A DNA stretch of 64,000 nt from Burkholderiales bacterium (GCA_037441485.1 JBBISD010000002.1:2058-66057); one strand, 5' to 3'. Shown: positions 28,477-40,081, numbered from the stretch's first letter. Translations and numbers: made by a program. Notes: generated by a model from the letters alone, not told the origin.

Positions 28477-29421
28477 ATGAGATTCGCCGTCCCGTCGCCC
28501 GGATTTTCCGCCCATCGGCTGCCACTGCACGAATTCGTGCAATTGGTCAAGCCAGGCATCGTGATCGGCAACCTGTTTTCCTTCACCGGCGCGTATTTCC
28601 TGGCCGCGATGGGCGGCGCCGAGCCGGGGCGCTTCCTGTTGACCGCGCTGGGCATCGCGCTGGTCATGGCGTCGGGCTGCGCGGCCAACAACCTGATCGA
28701 TCGCGACATCGACCGGCGCATGGAGCGCACGCGCCGCCGCGGCCTGGTCACCGGCGTCATCCGTCCGGCCAACGCGCTGGCCGTCGCCGCGCTGCTGGGC
28801 ATCGCCGGCGTCGCGCTGCTCGCCGTGTACGGCGGCGCGCTGTCCGCCGGCGTCGCGCTGCTGGGCTATGTCAATTACGTGGTCGTCTACAGCCTGTACT
28901 GGAAGCGCCGCTCCATCCACGGCACCCTGGTCGGGACGCTGTCGGGCGCCACTGCGCCCGTGGTCGGCTACTGCGCGGCCAGCGGGCGTCTCGACGGCGA
29001 GGCGTTGCTGCTGCTGCTCATTTTCTGCCTTTGGCAGATGCCGCACGCCTATGCGATCGCGATCGCGCGCCTGCCCGACTACGCGCGCGCGGCGATCCCG
29101 GTGCTGCCGGCCCGCCGGGGCATTGCCACGACCCGGCGCCACATGCTGGCCTACATGGCGCTGTTCCTGGCCGCCGCCCTCGCGCTGCCGCTGCTGCACT
29201 ATGTCGGCTGGTGCTATGGCGCGGTCATCGCGATCTGCGGTGCGTTGTGGCTGCGGCTGGCCGGGAGCCGGCGGCATGCCGGCGACGACCGCGCCTGGGC
29301 GCGCGGCGTATTCGCCTTCTCGTTGCTGGTGGTGCTGGCGCTGAGCCTGATGATGGCAGTCGATTACCGCCTGCCTGCCGGGTCCGACGCCGTGGCGATG
29401 GCGCTGCGGCCGCCCGGCTAA
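28477..29421 (+). CDS. cyoE: Heme O synthase (protoheme IX farnesyltransferase)
   Basis: KPGIVIGN, NNLIDRDIDRRMERTRRR, WQMPH. Confidence 0.93.
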   Translation: MRFAVPSPGFSAHRLPLHEFVQLVKPGIVIGNLFSFTGAYFLAAMGGAEPGRFLLTALGIALVMASGCAANNLIDRDIDRRMERTRRRGLVTGVIRPANALAVAALLGIAGVALLAVYGGALSAGVALLGYVNYVVVYSLYWKRRSIHGTLVGTLSGATAPVVGYCAASGRLDGEALLLLLIFCLWQMPHAYAIAIARLPDYARAAIPVLPARRGIATTRRHMLAYMALFLAAALALPLLHYVGWCYGAVIAICGALWLRLAGSRRHAGDDRAWARGVFAFSLLVVLALSLMMAVDYRLPAGSDAVAMALRPPG

Positions 29422-29610
29422 GCGCGACGCGAGCAGCGCGGCGCCATGACCGGTCCGCGAACTTGATACAATGGCCCGTTAATCACGCGTGCCACCGGTA
29501 GGACCGGCCCTCCGAACGAGCTGGAGTCGCCGCGGGGCAGGCTGCACGTCGTTTGGCGTGCGGCACCGCGGCAGCGATGCAGCCCAAATACTTACGAGAC
29601 GTTCATCACA

Positions 29611-30915
29611 ATGCGATCCGTTACGAAAATCTTGCTCTGCGCCGCCGGCGCGTTGGTAGCCAGCGTCCTGACGGCCTGCGGCAGCGGCAACACGACGACG
29701 ATTCCGGCGCAGATCCGCATGGTCAACGACACCACCTCGCAGCTGTCGCTCTACCTGAACGGCGGACAGTTCGTTCCCAATGTGGCGGTGCAGACTTCCA
29801 GCATCTACGTGCCGATCCCCCCGGGAACGTACACGCAGAGCGTGGCCAGCTCCACCGGCAGCGTGTCGTCGACCACCAATACGCTGGGCCTGGGCACGGC
29901 GCAGAATTACACGACACTGGCCTACCAGCGCAACAATGTCGTCTACTCGGCGACCTATACCGACAGCCAGGCGCTGCCGACGCCGGGGTACTCTTCCGTG
30001 AACATCGCCAACGTTTCGCCGGATGCCGGATCGCTGGATATCTATCTGGTGCCGCATCCCTATACGAGCCTGGCAGGCCTGTCGCCCAGCTTCCAGTCGG
30101 TGCAGGGGCTGTCGACCGCGATCACGCTGGCGTCGACCAATCCCGGCGCCACGCCGCCGATCGCCTATGACGTCGTCATCACCGGGGCCGGCAAGCCCAG
30201 CGATATCCGCCAGGTCCTGTCGAACCCCAACTTCGCCTCGTCGCAGCCATATACGCTGGCGCTGACCAGCACGACCGGCGGCGCGCTGGTCAATTCCGTG
30301 CTGATCCCCCAGGGCATCCCGATCCCGGCCAGCGCGTTCGTGCCGGCGACCATGGCGCGCGTGCGCGTGATGTCGGCGCTGCCGGTGGCCAGTTCGATCG
30401 CCGTCAGCGCCACCGTCGGCGGCGTCACGCTGCCGACCGATTACGCACCGTCGCCGACGCATTACCAGCTGGTCAACGGCGGCTCGACCATCAGCGCCCT
30501 GACGACCAGCGCCGGCACCATCGCGGCGATCCCGGCGACGACGTTCGTTGCCGGCGGCGACTACACCATCCTCGTATACGGCACCGCATCGCCCTACACG
30601 GCGGTCGTGCTGGTCGACTCCAACCAGGTCATTCCCAACTACGCCAGCATCCGCGTGATCAACGCCGCTGCCAACGGTGGCACGGGTGTGACCCTGTTTG
30701 TCAGCGGCTCGCAGGCCGCCAGCGACGTGCTGTACGGTACCGATGGGGCGCCCAACGCCTACTCCGGCGTCACGCCCGCATCCGGCGCCACCCTGCAATT
30801 GATCGGCGCGGGCTACAACCAGACGGCCACAGGCGTGTCGCTGGTCACGGGTTCGGTCAATACCGTGCTGATCTACGACACGACCCTGCCGCCGCTGGTC
30901 ATCTCCGACCGGTAG
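29611..30915 (+). CDS. DUF4397-like repeat lipoprotein
   Basis: LTAC lipobox; repeated beta modules (IRMVN, ANVSPDAGSLDIY, RVRVMSA, IRVINAA); Thr/Ser-rich. Confidence 0.75.
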   Translation: MRSVTKILLCAAGALVASVLTACGSGNTTTIPAQIRMVNDTTSQLSLYLNGGQFVPNVAVQTSSIYVPIPPGTYTQSVASSTGSVSSTTNTLGLGTAQNYTTLAYQRNNVVYSATYTDSQALPTPGYSSVNIANVSPDAGSLDIYLVPHPYTSLAGLSPSFQSVQGLSTAITLASTNPGATPPIAYDVVITGAGKPSDIRQVLSNPNFASSQPYTLALTSTTGGALVNSVLIPQGIPIPASAFVPATMARVRVMSALPVASSIAVSATVGGVTLPTDYAPSPTHYQLVNGGSTISALTTSAGTIAAIPATTFVAGGDYTILVYGTASPYTAVVLVDSNQVIPNYASIRVINAAANGGTGVTLFVSGSQAASDVLYGTDGAPNAYSGVTPASGATLQLIGAGYNQTATGVSLVTGSVNTVLIYDTTLPPLVISDR

Positions 30916-30929
30916 GCCGGCGCGCACGC

Positions 30930-30960
30930 AAAAAGCCGGGCGTGCGCCCGGCTTTTTTTT
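30930..30960. terminator. Bidirectional intrinsic terminator
   Basis: aaaaagccgggc-gtgc-gcccggctttttttt between convergent genes. Confidence 0.85.
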
Positions 30961-30982
30961 CGTTCCGTTGGGGCGTCGCCGC

Positions 30983-31444
30983 TCAGCCCAGCAGGCGCCC
31001 GGCGGTGGCCGCCGCTATGGTGAGCAGGCCCAGGACCAGGTTGACTCCCACCAGGCGCCGCACGCGGGCCAGCGCCGCGCCGCCGGCCGCCCAGTCCTGC
31101 GCCGCGACCGCGCGCCGCAGCGCGGCGTACGGCGCGAGGTAGACGACGACGAAGACCGCGATCATCAGCACGCCGCCCGCCAGCATCACATGCCAGTGCA
31201 GCGGGGCACGGCGCAGGCCGACGCCCAGCAGCATCGCGAGCCCGCTGGCGGCGATGAGCGCCACGGCCAGCCAGACCCAGCCGAAAAAGCGCTGCAGAAC
31301 CGCCTGCCACAGCCGCAGGCGCTCCGGCGGCGCGAGCAGTGCGGCGGCCGCCGGGCGCAGGCACTGGTAGGCGAAGAACATGCCGCCGACCCAGACGGCG
31401 ACGCTGGCGACATGCAGCATCAGCAGCAGTGGGTACGGGTTCAT
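30983..31444 (-). CDS. CopD-like integral membrane protein
   Basis: LHVASVAVWVGGMFFA, four TM segments, RRLVGVNLVLG. Confidence 0.75.
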   Translation of the reverse strand: MNPYPLLLMLHVASVAVWVGGMFFAYQCLRPAAAALLAPPERLRLWQAVLQRFFGWVWLAVALIAASGLAMLLGVGLRRAPLHWHVMLAGGVLMIAVFVVVYLAPYAALRRAVAAQDWAAGGAALARVRRLVGVNLVLGLLTIAAATAGRLLG

Positions 31445-31464
31445 CGTGCGGCGGCGCGCGCGGC

Positions 31465-32736
31465 TCAGGGATACAGGCCGCGTTCCTCGCGCGCCATCAG
31501 CACGCGCTCGCAGGCCACCACAAAGGCCGCGGTGCGCAGCGGGATCTTGTGCAGCTCGGCCGTTTCCCAGATGCGCCGGTAGGCACTGACCAGGATCTTC
31601 TCCAGCCGCACGTTGATCTCGTCCTCGGTCCAGAAAAAGCTGGAGAAATCCTGCACCCACTCGAAATACGAGACGATCACGCCCCCGGCATTGGCCATGA
31701 CGTCGGGTACCACGGCAATGCCGCGCCGTGCCAGGATGGCGTCGGCCTCGGCGACCGTCGGGCCGTTGGCGCCTTCGAGCAGGATGCGGGTCTGCAGGCG
31801 CCGGGCGCGTTCGGCCGTCACCTGGCCTTCGAGGGCCGCCGGAATCAGGAAGTCGGACTCGACGTCCCAGAACTGCTCGTCGGGAATGCGTTCGCCGCCG
31901 GGGAAATTGCCGATGCCGCCATGGGCGCGCCAGTGCGCCATCAGGTTGGAGATATCCAGCCCGCCGTGGTTGAAGATGCTGCCGGTATGGTCCTGCACCG
32001 CGACGATGCGCGCGCCATTGCCCGCAAAGAGTTCCGCGGTGGCTGATCCGACATTGCCGAAGCCCTGGATCGCCACCCGCGCGTTATCGAGACCGACCCC
32101 CATGCGCCGGGCGGTTTCGCGCCCGACCACGAAGACTCCGCGGCCGGTGGCCTTGACGCGGCCCAGCGAGCCGCCCAGGGCGATCGGCTTGCCGGTGACG
32201 ACGCCGGTCGCGGTGGCGCCGACGTTCATCGAATACGTGTCCATCATCCACGCCATGATCTTGGCGTTGGTGTTGACGTCGGGGGCGGGGATGTCCTGCT
32301 GCGGCCCGATGATGATGCCGATCTCGCTGGTGTAGCGGCGGGTGAGCTTCTCGAGCTCGCGCTCGGACAGCCGCGTCGGGTCGACCCGCACGCCGCCCTT
32401 GGCGCCGCCGAAGGGCAGGTTCACCGCCGCGTTCTTGATGGTCATCCAGGCGGCGAGCGCCATGACCTCCTCGAGCGTGACGTCGGGGTGGTAGCGCACG
32501 CCGCCCTTGCCGGGCCCGCGCGTCAGGCTGTGCTGGACGCGAAAGCCCTCGAAGTGGGCGATGCTGCCGTCATCGAGCTCGATCGGGATATCGACGCAGA
32601 GCGCGCGCTTGGGGCGACGCAGGGTCTCCGACCAGCGGGCCAGGCGGCCGAGGTAGGGAACGACTTCGTCGATCTGCGACTGGTAGGTGGCCCAGGGTCC
32701 ATCCGGCGGGGCGTTGACGTACGAAAGATTCGGCAT
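31465..32736 (-). CDS. gdhA: Glutamate dehydrogenase (Glu/Leu/Phe/Val family)
   Basis: [34 protein letters not shown]. Confidence 0.93.
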   Translation of the reverse strand: MPNLSYVNAPPDGPWATYQSQIDEVVPYLGRLARWSETLRRPKRALCVDIPIELDDGSIAHFEGFRVQHSLTRGPGKGGVRYHPDVTLEEVMALAAWMTIKNAAVNLPFGGAKGGVRVDPTRLSERELEKLTRRYTSEIGIIIGPQQDIPAPDVNTNAKIMAWMMDTYSMNVGATATGVVTGKPIALGGSLGRVKATGRGVFVVGRETARRMGVGLDNARVAIQGFGNVGSATAELFAGNGARIVAVQDHTGSIFNHGGLDISNLMAHWRAHGGIGNFPGGERIPDEQFWDVESDFLIPAALEGQVTAERARRLQTRILLEGANGPTVAEADAILARRGIAVVPDVMANAGGVIVSYFEWVQDFSSFFWTEDEINVRLEKILVSAYRRIWETAELHKIPLRTAAFVVACERVLMAREERGLYP

Positions 32737-32863
32737 GACAGGGCCTTGGCATCGGCGGTGAGTGGGACCTGGCGCGGCACCCGATGCCCGTGGCGGTGCC
32801 GCGCGCCGGAAAGCGGCCGCTGGGCAGGCATTCTGCACCATTCGCGGCGCGGCGAGGGCCCGA

Positions 32864-33781
32864 TCAGATTCCCGCCCGCATCAGGTCGTCGGCTTCGCGC
32901 AGCAGGTACTGGTGGAATTCGGCCGCCGCCGGGGTCAGGTTGCGCAGCCGCGAGTGCACGACGAACCACTGGCGCCGCAGCGGCAGGCCCGCCACGCGCA
33001 GCGTCACCAGGCGGCCGGCGGCCTGCTCCAGGCGCACCGTGTGCAGCGAAAGCATGCCGATGCCGATGCCGGCCATCACGGACTGCTTGATCGTCTCGTT
33101 GCTGTCGGCCTCCATCACGGTCTTGATGTTGACGCCGACGTCGGCGAAGTAACGGTCCATCGCCATGCGCGTGCCCGATCCGGGTTCGCGGACGATGAAC
33201 GGCTCGTCTTCGAGGTCCTCGGGCGGGATCTGGTTGCGCAGCGACAGCGGGTGCGACGGGGCGGCGACGATGGCCAGCGGATTGGGCGCGAACGGCGTGC
33301 CCACGAGGCTCGCGCCTTCGGGCGGCTGTCCCATGATGCCCAGGTCGATCGCATAGGACTGCAGCTGCTCGATGATGTGTTCGCGGTTGTAGACGTTGAG
33401 CTTGAGGTCGAGCCCGGGGTGCGCCTTCAGGAACAGCGCCAGTAGCCGCGGCGCGAAGTACTTGGCCGTGCTCACCACGCCCAGGCGCACGCGGCCGCGG
33501 CGCACTCCGCGCAGCTCGCGCGCCGCCACGGTGAAATCGTCGAGGCGCAGCAGCAGTTCGGCGGCGAGGCCGGCGAGCTCGCGCCCCGGCTCGGTGATCT
33601 GCAGGCCGCGTCCGACGGGCTCGAACAGCGATATCTCCAGATGTTCCTCCAGCTGGCGCAATTGCATCGACACGGCCGGCTGGGTGAGGTGCAGGGAACT
33701 GGCGGCGGCCGTGACGCTGCCCAGGCGGCCGACCGCGTCCAGGACTTCAAGCTGTCGAACGGTCATTTGGCGTCGTGACAT
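32864..33781 (-). CDS. cbbR: LysR-type regulator CbbR
   Basis: [39 protein letters not shown]; divergent from cbb genes. Confidence 0.9.
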   Translation of the reverse strand: MSRRQMTVRQLEVLDAVGRLGSVTAAASSLHLTQPAVSMQLRQLEEHLEISLFEPVGRGLQITEPGRELAGLAAELLLRLDDFTVAARELRGVRRGRVRLGVVSTAKYFAPRLLALFLKAHPGLDLKLNVYNREHIIEQLQSYAIDLGIMGQPPEGASLVGTPFAPNPLAIVAAPSHPLSLRNQIPPEDLEDEPFIVREPGSGTRMAMDRYFADVGVNIKTVMEADSNETIKQSVMAGIGIGMLSLHTVRLEQAAGRLVTLRVAGLPLRRQWFVVHSRLRNLTPAAAEFHQYLLREADDLMRAGI

Positions 33782-33826
33782 AAGTAAATATTATTCTATT
33801 TCTCAGAATAATTTAATAGACCTTAT
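33780..33826. promoter_or_regulatory. CbbR operator array (three TNA-N7-TNA sites)
   Basis: ATAA-N7-TTAT at 33780-33794, TCA-N7-TTA at 33803-33815, TTA-N7-TTA at 33813-33825, in an AT-rich island. Confidence 0.75.
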
Positions 33827-33920
33827 CTAATTGACATCCCAGAATGGTCTTTGTCCGGCGAATCCCGATGGTGTGCCCCGCTTGGCGCTCCCGGGCCGGC
33901 TTCCGCTTGCGGTGGTGCCC

Positions 33921-34706
33921 ATGCTTAAGGCAATTTTGTTCGACGTCGATGGCACGCTCGCGGAAACCGAGGAGTTCCATCGCCGTGCGTTCAATAGTGC
34001 ATTTGCCCTGGACGGCCTGGCGATCGAATGGTCGCAGGACCAATACCGGGACCTGCTGAAGGTTACCGGCGGCAAGGAACGCCTGGCGGCCTTTTTTCGT
34101 GCCAGCGCCATGTCCATGCCGGACGAGCGCATCCGCGCGCTGCACCGGTCGAAGAACGCCCTGTATGCCCAGGGCCTCGCCAGCGGTGCGGTGGGCCTGC
34201 GCCCGGGTGTGCGGCGCCTGATGCACGCGGCCCGCGACGCGGGCGTGCGGCTGGGCATCGCCACAACCACCTCGGCCGAGAACCTCGACGCGCTGCTGCG
34301 GCCGCTGTTCGGCACCGCCTGGGCGGACGATTTCGCCAGTGTCGTCGCGGGCGACCAGGTGCCGCGCAAGAAGCCGGCGCCGGATGTCTATCTGGAGTGC
34401 CTGCGCCAGTTGCAGGTGGCCGCCGGCGACGCCGTCGCCATCGAGGACTCGGCCGCTGGCGTGCGTGCCGCGCGGGACGCCGGCGTCGGCGTGCTCGCCA
34501 CACCCAGCCAGTACACCGACCACGACGATTTCTCGCAGGCCGACGGCGTGGTGCCGCATCTGGGGGACCCGGAGCATCCGTGGGAGCGGCCGCAGGCGGG
34601 CTTTGCCCGGCCCTTCGTGCTACTGGAAGACCTCGGGCGGCTGGGCCGCGACTGGTCGGGGGCGCCCGGATCGACTCCGGCCGCCGCCTCTTTCACGTTG
34701 CCCTGA
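33921..34706 (+). CDS. cbbY: CbbY HAD phosphatase
   Basis: FDVDGTLAETEEFHRRAFN, TGGKER, KKPAPD, IEDS. Confidence 0.88.
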   Translation: MLKAILFDVDGTLAETEEFHRRAFNSAFALDGLAIEWSQDQYRDLLKVTGGKERLAAFFRASAMSMPDERIRALHRSKNALYAQGLASGAVGLRPGVRRLMHAARDAGVRLGIATTTSAENLDALLRPLFGTAWADDFASVVAGDQVPRKKPAPDVYLECLRQLQVAAGDAVAIEDSAAGVRAARDAGVGVLATPSQYTDHDDFSQADGVVPHLGDPEHPWERPQAGFARPFVLLEDLGRLGRDWSGAPGSTPAAASFTLP

Positions 34707-34873
34707 GGTGGCGCAAACCCTGGTCGTGCCGGCAATGCGAGCATCGGCGCAGTATGTGTCGGTGCCGCCCGGACCGGAATAAGAAGAGCAGGGCCCGCAG
34801 GGGCGGCCCACCGGCCGGCCTGGATGCGCAAGGTCCTTTGCCGCAGCCGCGGCATTGTGCGAAGGAGGGGGAG

Positions 34874-35941
34874 ATGTTGACGAAGTCCAAGACCCTGACG
34901 CAGTTCCTTATCGAGGAGCGGCGGCGGTTTCCCCAGGCCTCGGGGGCCTTCAACAGCCTGGTGCTGGGGGTCGCGCTGGCCTGCAAGTCGCTGTCGCGGC
35001 GCGTGGCCTACGGTGCGCTGCGCGGCCTGCACGGCGGCGTCGGCGAAACCAATGTCCAGGGCGAGGCGCAGCAGAAGCTCGACGTTATCGCCAACGACAC
35101 CTTCCTGCACTGCCTGCAGTGGAGCGGCTACGCGCGCGGCCTGCTCTCCGAGGAGATGGAGGATCCGTGGATCAGCGAGGACGTGGGCGGCGACTACCTG
35201 CTGGCCTTCGATCCGCTGGACGGCTCGTCCAACATCGACGTCAACGTGTCGGTCGGCAGCATCTGGTCGCTGCTGCGCGCCCCGGCCGAGCGCAAGCGCA
35301 CGGTCGCCGCCGATTTCCTGCAGCCCGGCACCGAGCAGGTGGCCGCCGGCTACGCGATCTACGGCCCGACGACGATGTTCGTGCTGACGGTGGGCCGGGG
35401 GGTCTTCGGATTCACGCTCGATCCGGAGATCGGCGAATTCCTGCTGACCCACCCCAACATGACGATTCCGCCCCAGACGAAGGAATTCGCCATCAACGCC
35501 TCCAACAGCCGCTTCTGGGAGCCGCCGATCCGCCGCTACGTGGAAGAGGCGCTGGCCGGCAGCAAGGGACCGCGCGGCAAGGACTTCAACATGCGCTGGA
35601 TCGCCTCGCTGGTGGCCGAGGCGCACCGCATCCTGACGCGCGGCGGCGTGTTCATGTATCCGCGCGACACCAAGGACCCGGGCAAGCCGGGTCGGCTGCG
35701 GCTGCTCTACGAGGCCAACCCCATCGGCATGCTGATCGAGCAGGCCGGCGGCCGGGCCTCGACCGGCGCCAGCCCGATGCTGCAGGTCAGGCCCGAGGCG
35801 CCGCACCAGCGCATCGGCCTGGTCTTCGGCTCGCGCGAGGAGGTCGAGCGCATCGAGCGCTACCACACCGAGTCGCCGCCGCCCGGGCAGGACGACACGC
35901 CGCTGTTCAACATGCGCGGCCTGTTCCGCGCCGGCAACTGA
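34874..35941 (+). CDS. cbbF: Class 1 fructose-1,6/sedoheptulose-1,7-bisphosphatase
   Basis: SEE, FDPLDGSSNID, RLLYEANP; strong SD before the ATG at 34874. Confidence 0.95.
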   Translation: MLTKSKTLTQFLIEERRRFPQASGAFNSLVLGVALACKSLSRRVAYGALRGLHGGVGETNVQGEAQQKLDVIANDTFLHCLQWSGYARGLLSEEMEDPWISEDVGGDYLLAFDPLDGSSNIDVNVSVGSIWSLLRAPAERKRTVAADFLQPGTEQVAAGYAIYGPTTMFVLTVGRGVFGFTLDPEIGEFLLTHPNMTIPPQTKEFAINASNSRFWEPPIRRYVEEALAGSKGPRGKDFNMRWIASLVAEAHRILTRGGVFMYPRDTKDPGKPGRLRLLYEANPIGMLIEQAGGRASTGASPMLQVRPEAPHQRIGLVFGSREEVERIERYHTESPPPGQDDTPLFNMRGLFRAGN

Positions 35942-35967
35942 ACTTCCCTGCGAGAAGGAAATCCGCC

Positions 35968-36852
35968 ATGTCCGAGAAGCATCCCATTATCGCCATCACC
36001 GGATCGTCCGGGGCCGGCACCACCTCGGTGACGCGCACCTTCCAGAAGATCTTCCGCCGCGAGCAGATCAAGGCCGGCCTGATCGAGGGCGACAGCTTCC
36101 ACCGCTTCGACCGCAAGGAAATGCGCCGCGCGATGGCCGAGGCCGAGAAGGCCAACCGCAACGACTTCAGCCACTTCGGCCCCGAAGCCAACCTGTTCGA
36201 GGAGCTCGAGGGCGTGTTCCGCGAATACGGCGAGACCGGCAATGGTCGGCACCGCAAGTACCTGCACGATTCCGAGGAGGCGCGGCCCTACGGCCAGGAG
36301 CCGGGCACCTTCACCGCCTGGGAACGCTTCGAGGAGAACACCGACCTGCTGTTCTACGAGGGCCTGCATGGCGCGGTCGTCGCCGACAAGGTCAACGTCG
36401 CGCGCCACGTCGACCTGCTGGTGGGCGTCACGCCGGTCATCAACCTGGAATGGATCCAGAAGATCCACCGCGACAAGGCCAGCCGCGGCTATTCGACCGA
36501 GGCGGTGACCGACGTGATCCTGCGGCGCATGCCCGATTACGTCAACTACATCTGCCCGCAGTTCAACCGAACGCACGTCAATTTCCAGCGCGTGCCCACC
36601 GTGGACACGTCCAACCCCTTCCAGTCGCGCGACATCCCCACGCCCGACGAAAGCTTCCTGGTGATCCGCTTCGCCAATCCCCAGGGCATCGACTTCCCCT
36701 ACCTGCTCAACATGCTGCACGATTCCTTCATGTCGCGGCCCAATACAATCGTGGCTCCGGGCGGCAAGATGGAGCTGGCGATGCAGCTGATTTTCACGCC
36801 ATTCATATGGCGCCTTATGGAACGGCGCAACAAGATAATCGGACGCAGCTAA
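35968..36852 (+). CDS. cbbP: Phosphoribulokinase
   Basis: [42 protein letters not shown]. Confidence 0.95.
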   Translation: MSEKHPIIAITGSSGAGTTSVTRTFQKIFRREQIKAGLIEGDSFHRFDRKEMRRAMAEAEKANRNDFSHFGPEANLFEELEGVFREYGETGNGRHRKYLHDSEEARPYGQEPGTFTAWERFEENTDLLFYEGLHGAVVADKVNVARHVDLLVGVTPVINLEWIQKIHRDKASRGYSTEAVTDVILRRMPDYVNYICPQFNRTHVNFQRVPTVDTSNPFQSRDIPTPDESFLVIRFANPQGIDFPYLLNMLHDSFMSRPNTIVAPGGKMELAMQLIFTPFIWRLMERRNKIIGRS

Positions 36853-36865
36853 GGGGATACCGCAG

Positions 36866-38875
36866 ATGACGCAAGACCAGACCGCCGGCGAGTCGCTCGC
36901 CGCCAACGCGATCCGCATGCTGGCGGTCGACGCCGTGCAGCAGGCCAATTCCGGCCATCCGGGCATGCCGATGGGCATGGCCGACATTGCCATCGCCCTG
37001 TGGCAGCGGCACCTCAAGCACAATCCGGCCGACCCGTCCTGGGCCGACCGCGACCGCTTCCTGCTGTCCAACGGGCACGGTTCGATGCTGCAGTACGCGC
37101 TGCTGCACCTGAGCGGCTACGCGCTGCCGATCGAGGAGCTCAAGCGCTTTCGCCAGCTGCATTCAAAGACGCCCGGCCACCCCGAGGTCGGCGTCACGCC
37201 CGGCGTGGAGACCACCACCGGCCCGCTTGGCCAGGGACTTTCCAATGCGGTGGGCATGGCACTGGCCGAGCGCATCCTGGCGCAACGCTTCAACAAGCCC
37301 GATGCCACGATCGTCGACCACCACACCTACGTCTTCCTGGGCGACGGCTGCCTGATGGAGGGCATCTCGCACGAGGTGTGCAGCCTGGCCGGCACGCTGC
37401 GCCTGAACAAGCTGATCTGCCTGTACGACGACAACGGCATCTCGATCGACGGCAAGGTCGAGGGCTGGTTCACCGACGACACGCTGGGCCGCTTTCGCGC
37501 CTACGGCTTCCACGCCGAGCGCGTCGACGGCCACGACATCGAGGCGGTGTCGGCGGCCATCGCGCGCGCGCGCCAGTCCGACCGCCCCTCGCTGATCGCC
37601 TGCAAGACCGTCATCGGCAAGGGCAGTCCCGACAAGGCCGGTACCGCCGGCATCCACGGCGCCGCGCTGGGCGCCGAGAGTGTCGCCAGGGCGCGTGCCG
37701 AGCTTCACTGGGAGCATCCGCCCTTCGAGATCCCGGCCACCGTGTATTCGCTGATGGACGCGCGCCCGCGCGGCAAGGAGGCCCAGGAGGCGTGGAACCA
37801 GCGCCTGGCCAAGTACCGGGCGGCCTATCCGGCCGACGCCGCCGAATTCGCCCGCGTGATGCGCGGCGAGCTGCCGGCGGGCTTCGCCGCGCACTATGCC
37901 GACTACGTCGCACAGGTGCTGGCCAAGGGCGAGAAGCTGGCCACGCGCCAGGCCTCGCAGCGGGCGATCGGCGCGCTCGCGCAGGGGCTGCCCGAACTGC
38001 TCGGCGGCTCGGCCGACCTGTCCGAGTCCAATCTCACGCACTGGAAGGCGGCGACCACGTACACGGCCGGCCAGCCGGGCAACTACCTGAGCTTCGGCGT
38101 GCGCGAGTTCGGCATGGCCGCGATCCTCAACGGCGTGGCGCTGCACGGCGGACTGATCCCCTTCGGCGGCACCTTCCTCACCTTCTCCGACTATTCGCGC
38201 AATGCGATCCGCATGGCGGCGCTGATGCACCTGCGCGTGGTGCACGTCTTCACGCACGACTCGATCGGCGTGGGCGAGGACGGCCCGACCCACCAGCCGG
38301 TCGAGCATGCCTCCAGCCTGCGGCTCATTCCCGGCCTGGACGTATGGCGCCCCTGCGACGCGACCGAGACCGCGGTGGCGTGGCGCTGCGCGGTGGAGCG
38401 GCGCGACGGTCCCAGCGCGCTGCTGCTGACGCGCCAGGCGCTGCCGGCCATGGTCAAGACGGCCGAGCATGCGGCGGCGGTCGAGCGCGGCGGCTACCTC
38501 CTGCACGAGACGCCCGGCAGGGCACCGCGGATCGCCTTGCTGGCCACGGGCTCGGAGGTGCACGTGGCCGCCGAGGCGGCGCGCGTGCTCGAGGAGCGGG
38601 GCATCGGCGTGCGCCTGGTGTCGATGCCCTGCTGCGAGCGCTTCGACCGGCAGGATGCGGCCTACCGGCAGGCGGTGCTGGGCAAGGGCCTGCCGGCGAT
38701 CGCCATCGAGGCCGGGGTGACCCGCCTGTGGTACCAGTACGTGGGCAATGCCGGCCGCGTGATCGGCATCGACCGCTTCGGCGAATCGGCGCCGGCGGGC
38801 GAGCTGTTCAAGTACTTCGGGCTGACGGCCGAGCGGGTGGTCAATACGGCCGCGGAGCTGCTGGGCGGCGCCTGA
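36866..38875 (+). CDS. cbbT: Transketolase
   Basis: [36 protein letters not shown]. Confidence 0.96.
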   Translation: MTQDQTAGESLAANAIRMLAVDAVQQANSGHPGMPMGMADIAIALWQRHLKHNPADPSWADRDRFLLSNGHGSMLQYALLHLSGYALPIEELKRFRQLHSKTPGHPEVGVTPGVETTTGPLGQGLSNAVGMALAERILAQRFNKPDATIVDHHTYVFLGDGCLMEGISHEVCSLAGTLRLNKLICLYDDNGISIDGKVEGWFTDDTLGRFRAYGFHAERVDGHDIEAVSAAIARARQSDRPSLIACKTVIGKGSPDKAGTAGIHGAALGAESVARARAELHWEHPPFEIPATVYSLMDARPRGKEAQEAWNQRLAKYRAAYPADAAEFARVMRGELPAGFAAHYADYVAQVLAKGEKLATRQASQRAIGALAQGLPELLGGSADLSESNLTHWKAATTYTAGQPGNYLSFGVREFGMAAILNGVALHGGLIPFGGTFLTFSDYSRNAIRMAALMHLRVVHVFTHDSIGVGEDGPTHQPVEHASSLRLIPGLDVWRPCDATETAVAWRCAVERRDGPSALLLTRQALPAMVKTAEHAAAVERGGYLLHETPGRAPRIALLATGSEVHVAAEAARVLEERGIGVRLVSMPCCERFDRQDAAYRQAVLGKGLPAIAIEAGVTRLWYQYVGNAGRVIGIDRFGESAPAGELFKYFGLTAERVVNTAAELLGGA

Positions 38876-38887
38876 GCCGCGGCGCCG

Positions 38888-39376
38888 CTAGCGGCGCGGC
38901 GGTACGTCGCGCCAGGGATCGGCGGGACGGTTCCTGGCTTGTTCCAGCGGGTTGGCACCGTAGAACGTCGATAGGTTGCGCCCGGGCCGATGCGGCAGGA
39001 TGGCCTGGTGCACCCGCGACAGCAGCATGAGCTCGGACATCGCATCCGGATCGATCGGGCCGTGCTGGCCGTCGGCAATCCACAGGCGGTCGAAGTAGTC
39101 GTTCATCTCCGGATAGCCCCACAGCAGCGCGATGGCCCGGGCGATGTCGGGATGACGTTCCTCCAGGACCGAGGTCTGCACCGGATCGGCCGGGCGCCCC
39201 GCGCGGGCGACGAGGGGCGCCGGCCGAGCGGCAGTGCTGGCCGCCCGCGCCGGGACCGGGCCCGGACCGTCGCGCGCCGTGGTGATATCGGGCGTGAGCA
39301 CGGTGTCGGCCCAGGCGTCGGCGGCCCGCGCCTGGAAGGAGCGGCTTGGCCGGGCGTTGCGATAGGGACTGCTCAT
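38888..39376 (-). CDS. Hypothetical protein
   Basis: Disordered N-terminus plus a helical core LEERHPDIARAIALLWG...YFDRL; convergent with cbbT. Confidence 0.65.
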   Translation of the reverse strand: MSSPYRNARPSRSFQARAADAWADTVLTPDITTARDGPGPVPARAASTAARPAPLVARAGRPADPVQTSVLEERHPDIARAIALLWGYPEMNDYFDRLWIADGQHGPIDPDAMSELMLLSRVHQAILPHRPGRNLSTFYGANPLEQARNRPADPWRDVPPRR

Positions 39377-39492
39377 GGCATCGCATGATAGCAATGCACA
39401 ATGAAAATCACGCATATGCGTGATGGGAAATCACCTGCCATTTCGTCCGGACGGTCGGTTTTCGACGATGGGCGGCAGGGCGCCGCCGCGCA

Positions 39493-39993
39493 TCAGTCGC
39501 GGAAGTTGTCGAAGCTCAGCGGCACGTCGGTCACCTGGGCCCGCAGCATGGCCATGCATTCCTGCAGGGCGTCGCGCTTGGCGCCCGTCACGCGGACCGC
39601 GTCGCCGTGGATGCTGGCCGTAAGCTTGGCCTTGCTGTCCTTGACCAGCTGCACGATCTTCTTGGCCACCGTGGACTCGATGCCGGCGCGCACCTTGACC
39701 GTCTGCTTGCGCTTGTCCATGCCGACCTTTTCGGGCGCGGCGCTGTAGTCGAGAAAGCGCGGATCGACCGAGCGCTTGGCCATCTTCGCGAGCAGGACGT
39801 CGCGCACCTGGCCGAGCTTGAAATCGTCGTCGGCGAACAGCGTCAGTTCGCAGTCCTTGCCTTTCTCGCTTTGTTCGACCCGGGCGTCGGAACCCTTGAA
39901 GTCGAAGCGCGTCGAGATTTCGCGGTTGCTCTGGTCCACGGCATTGCCGACCTCGACCAGGTCGGGCTTGCAGACGACATCGAAGCTGGGCAC
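39493..39993 (-). CDS. yajQ: YajQ family nucleotide/c-di-GMP-binding protein
   Basis: [28 protein letters not shown]. Confidence 0.95.
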   Translation of the reverse strand: MPSFDVVCKPDLVEVGNAVDQSNREISTRFDFKGSDARVEQSEKGKDCELTLFADDDFKLGQVRDVLLAKMAKRSVDPRFLDYSAAPEKVGMDKRKQTVKVRAGIESTVAKKIVQLVKDSKAKLTASIHGDAVRVTGAKRDALQECMAMLRAQVTDVPLSFDNFRD

Positions 39994-40081
39994 GGCAACT
40001 CCTCGCAGGGTGGCGGATCGCGGTCCGCCACCGCCGGGCGGGGCAGGGCGGACGCGCCGGGAACGCCAATATAATCGTTCA

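Noticed and set aside
33831-33836. Perfect TTGACA as the -35 of the cbb operon
   Set aside because: No -10-like hexamer at 16-18 bp spacing; promoter left unassigned
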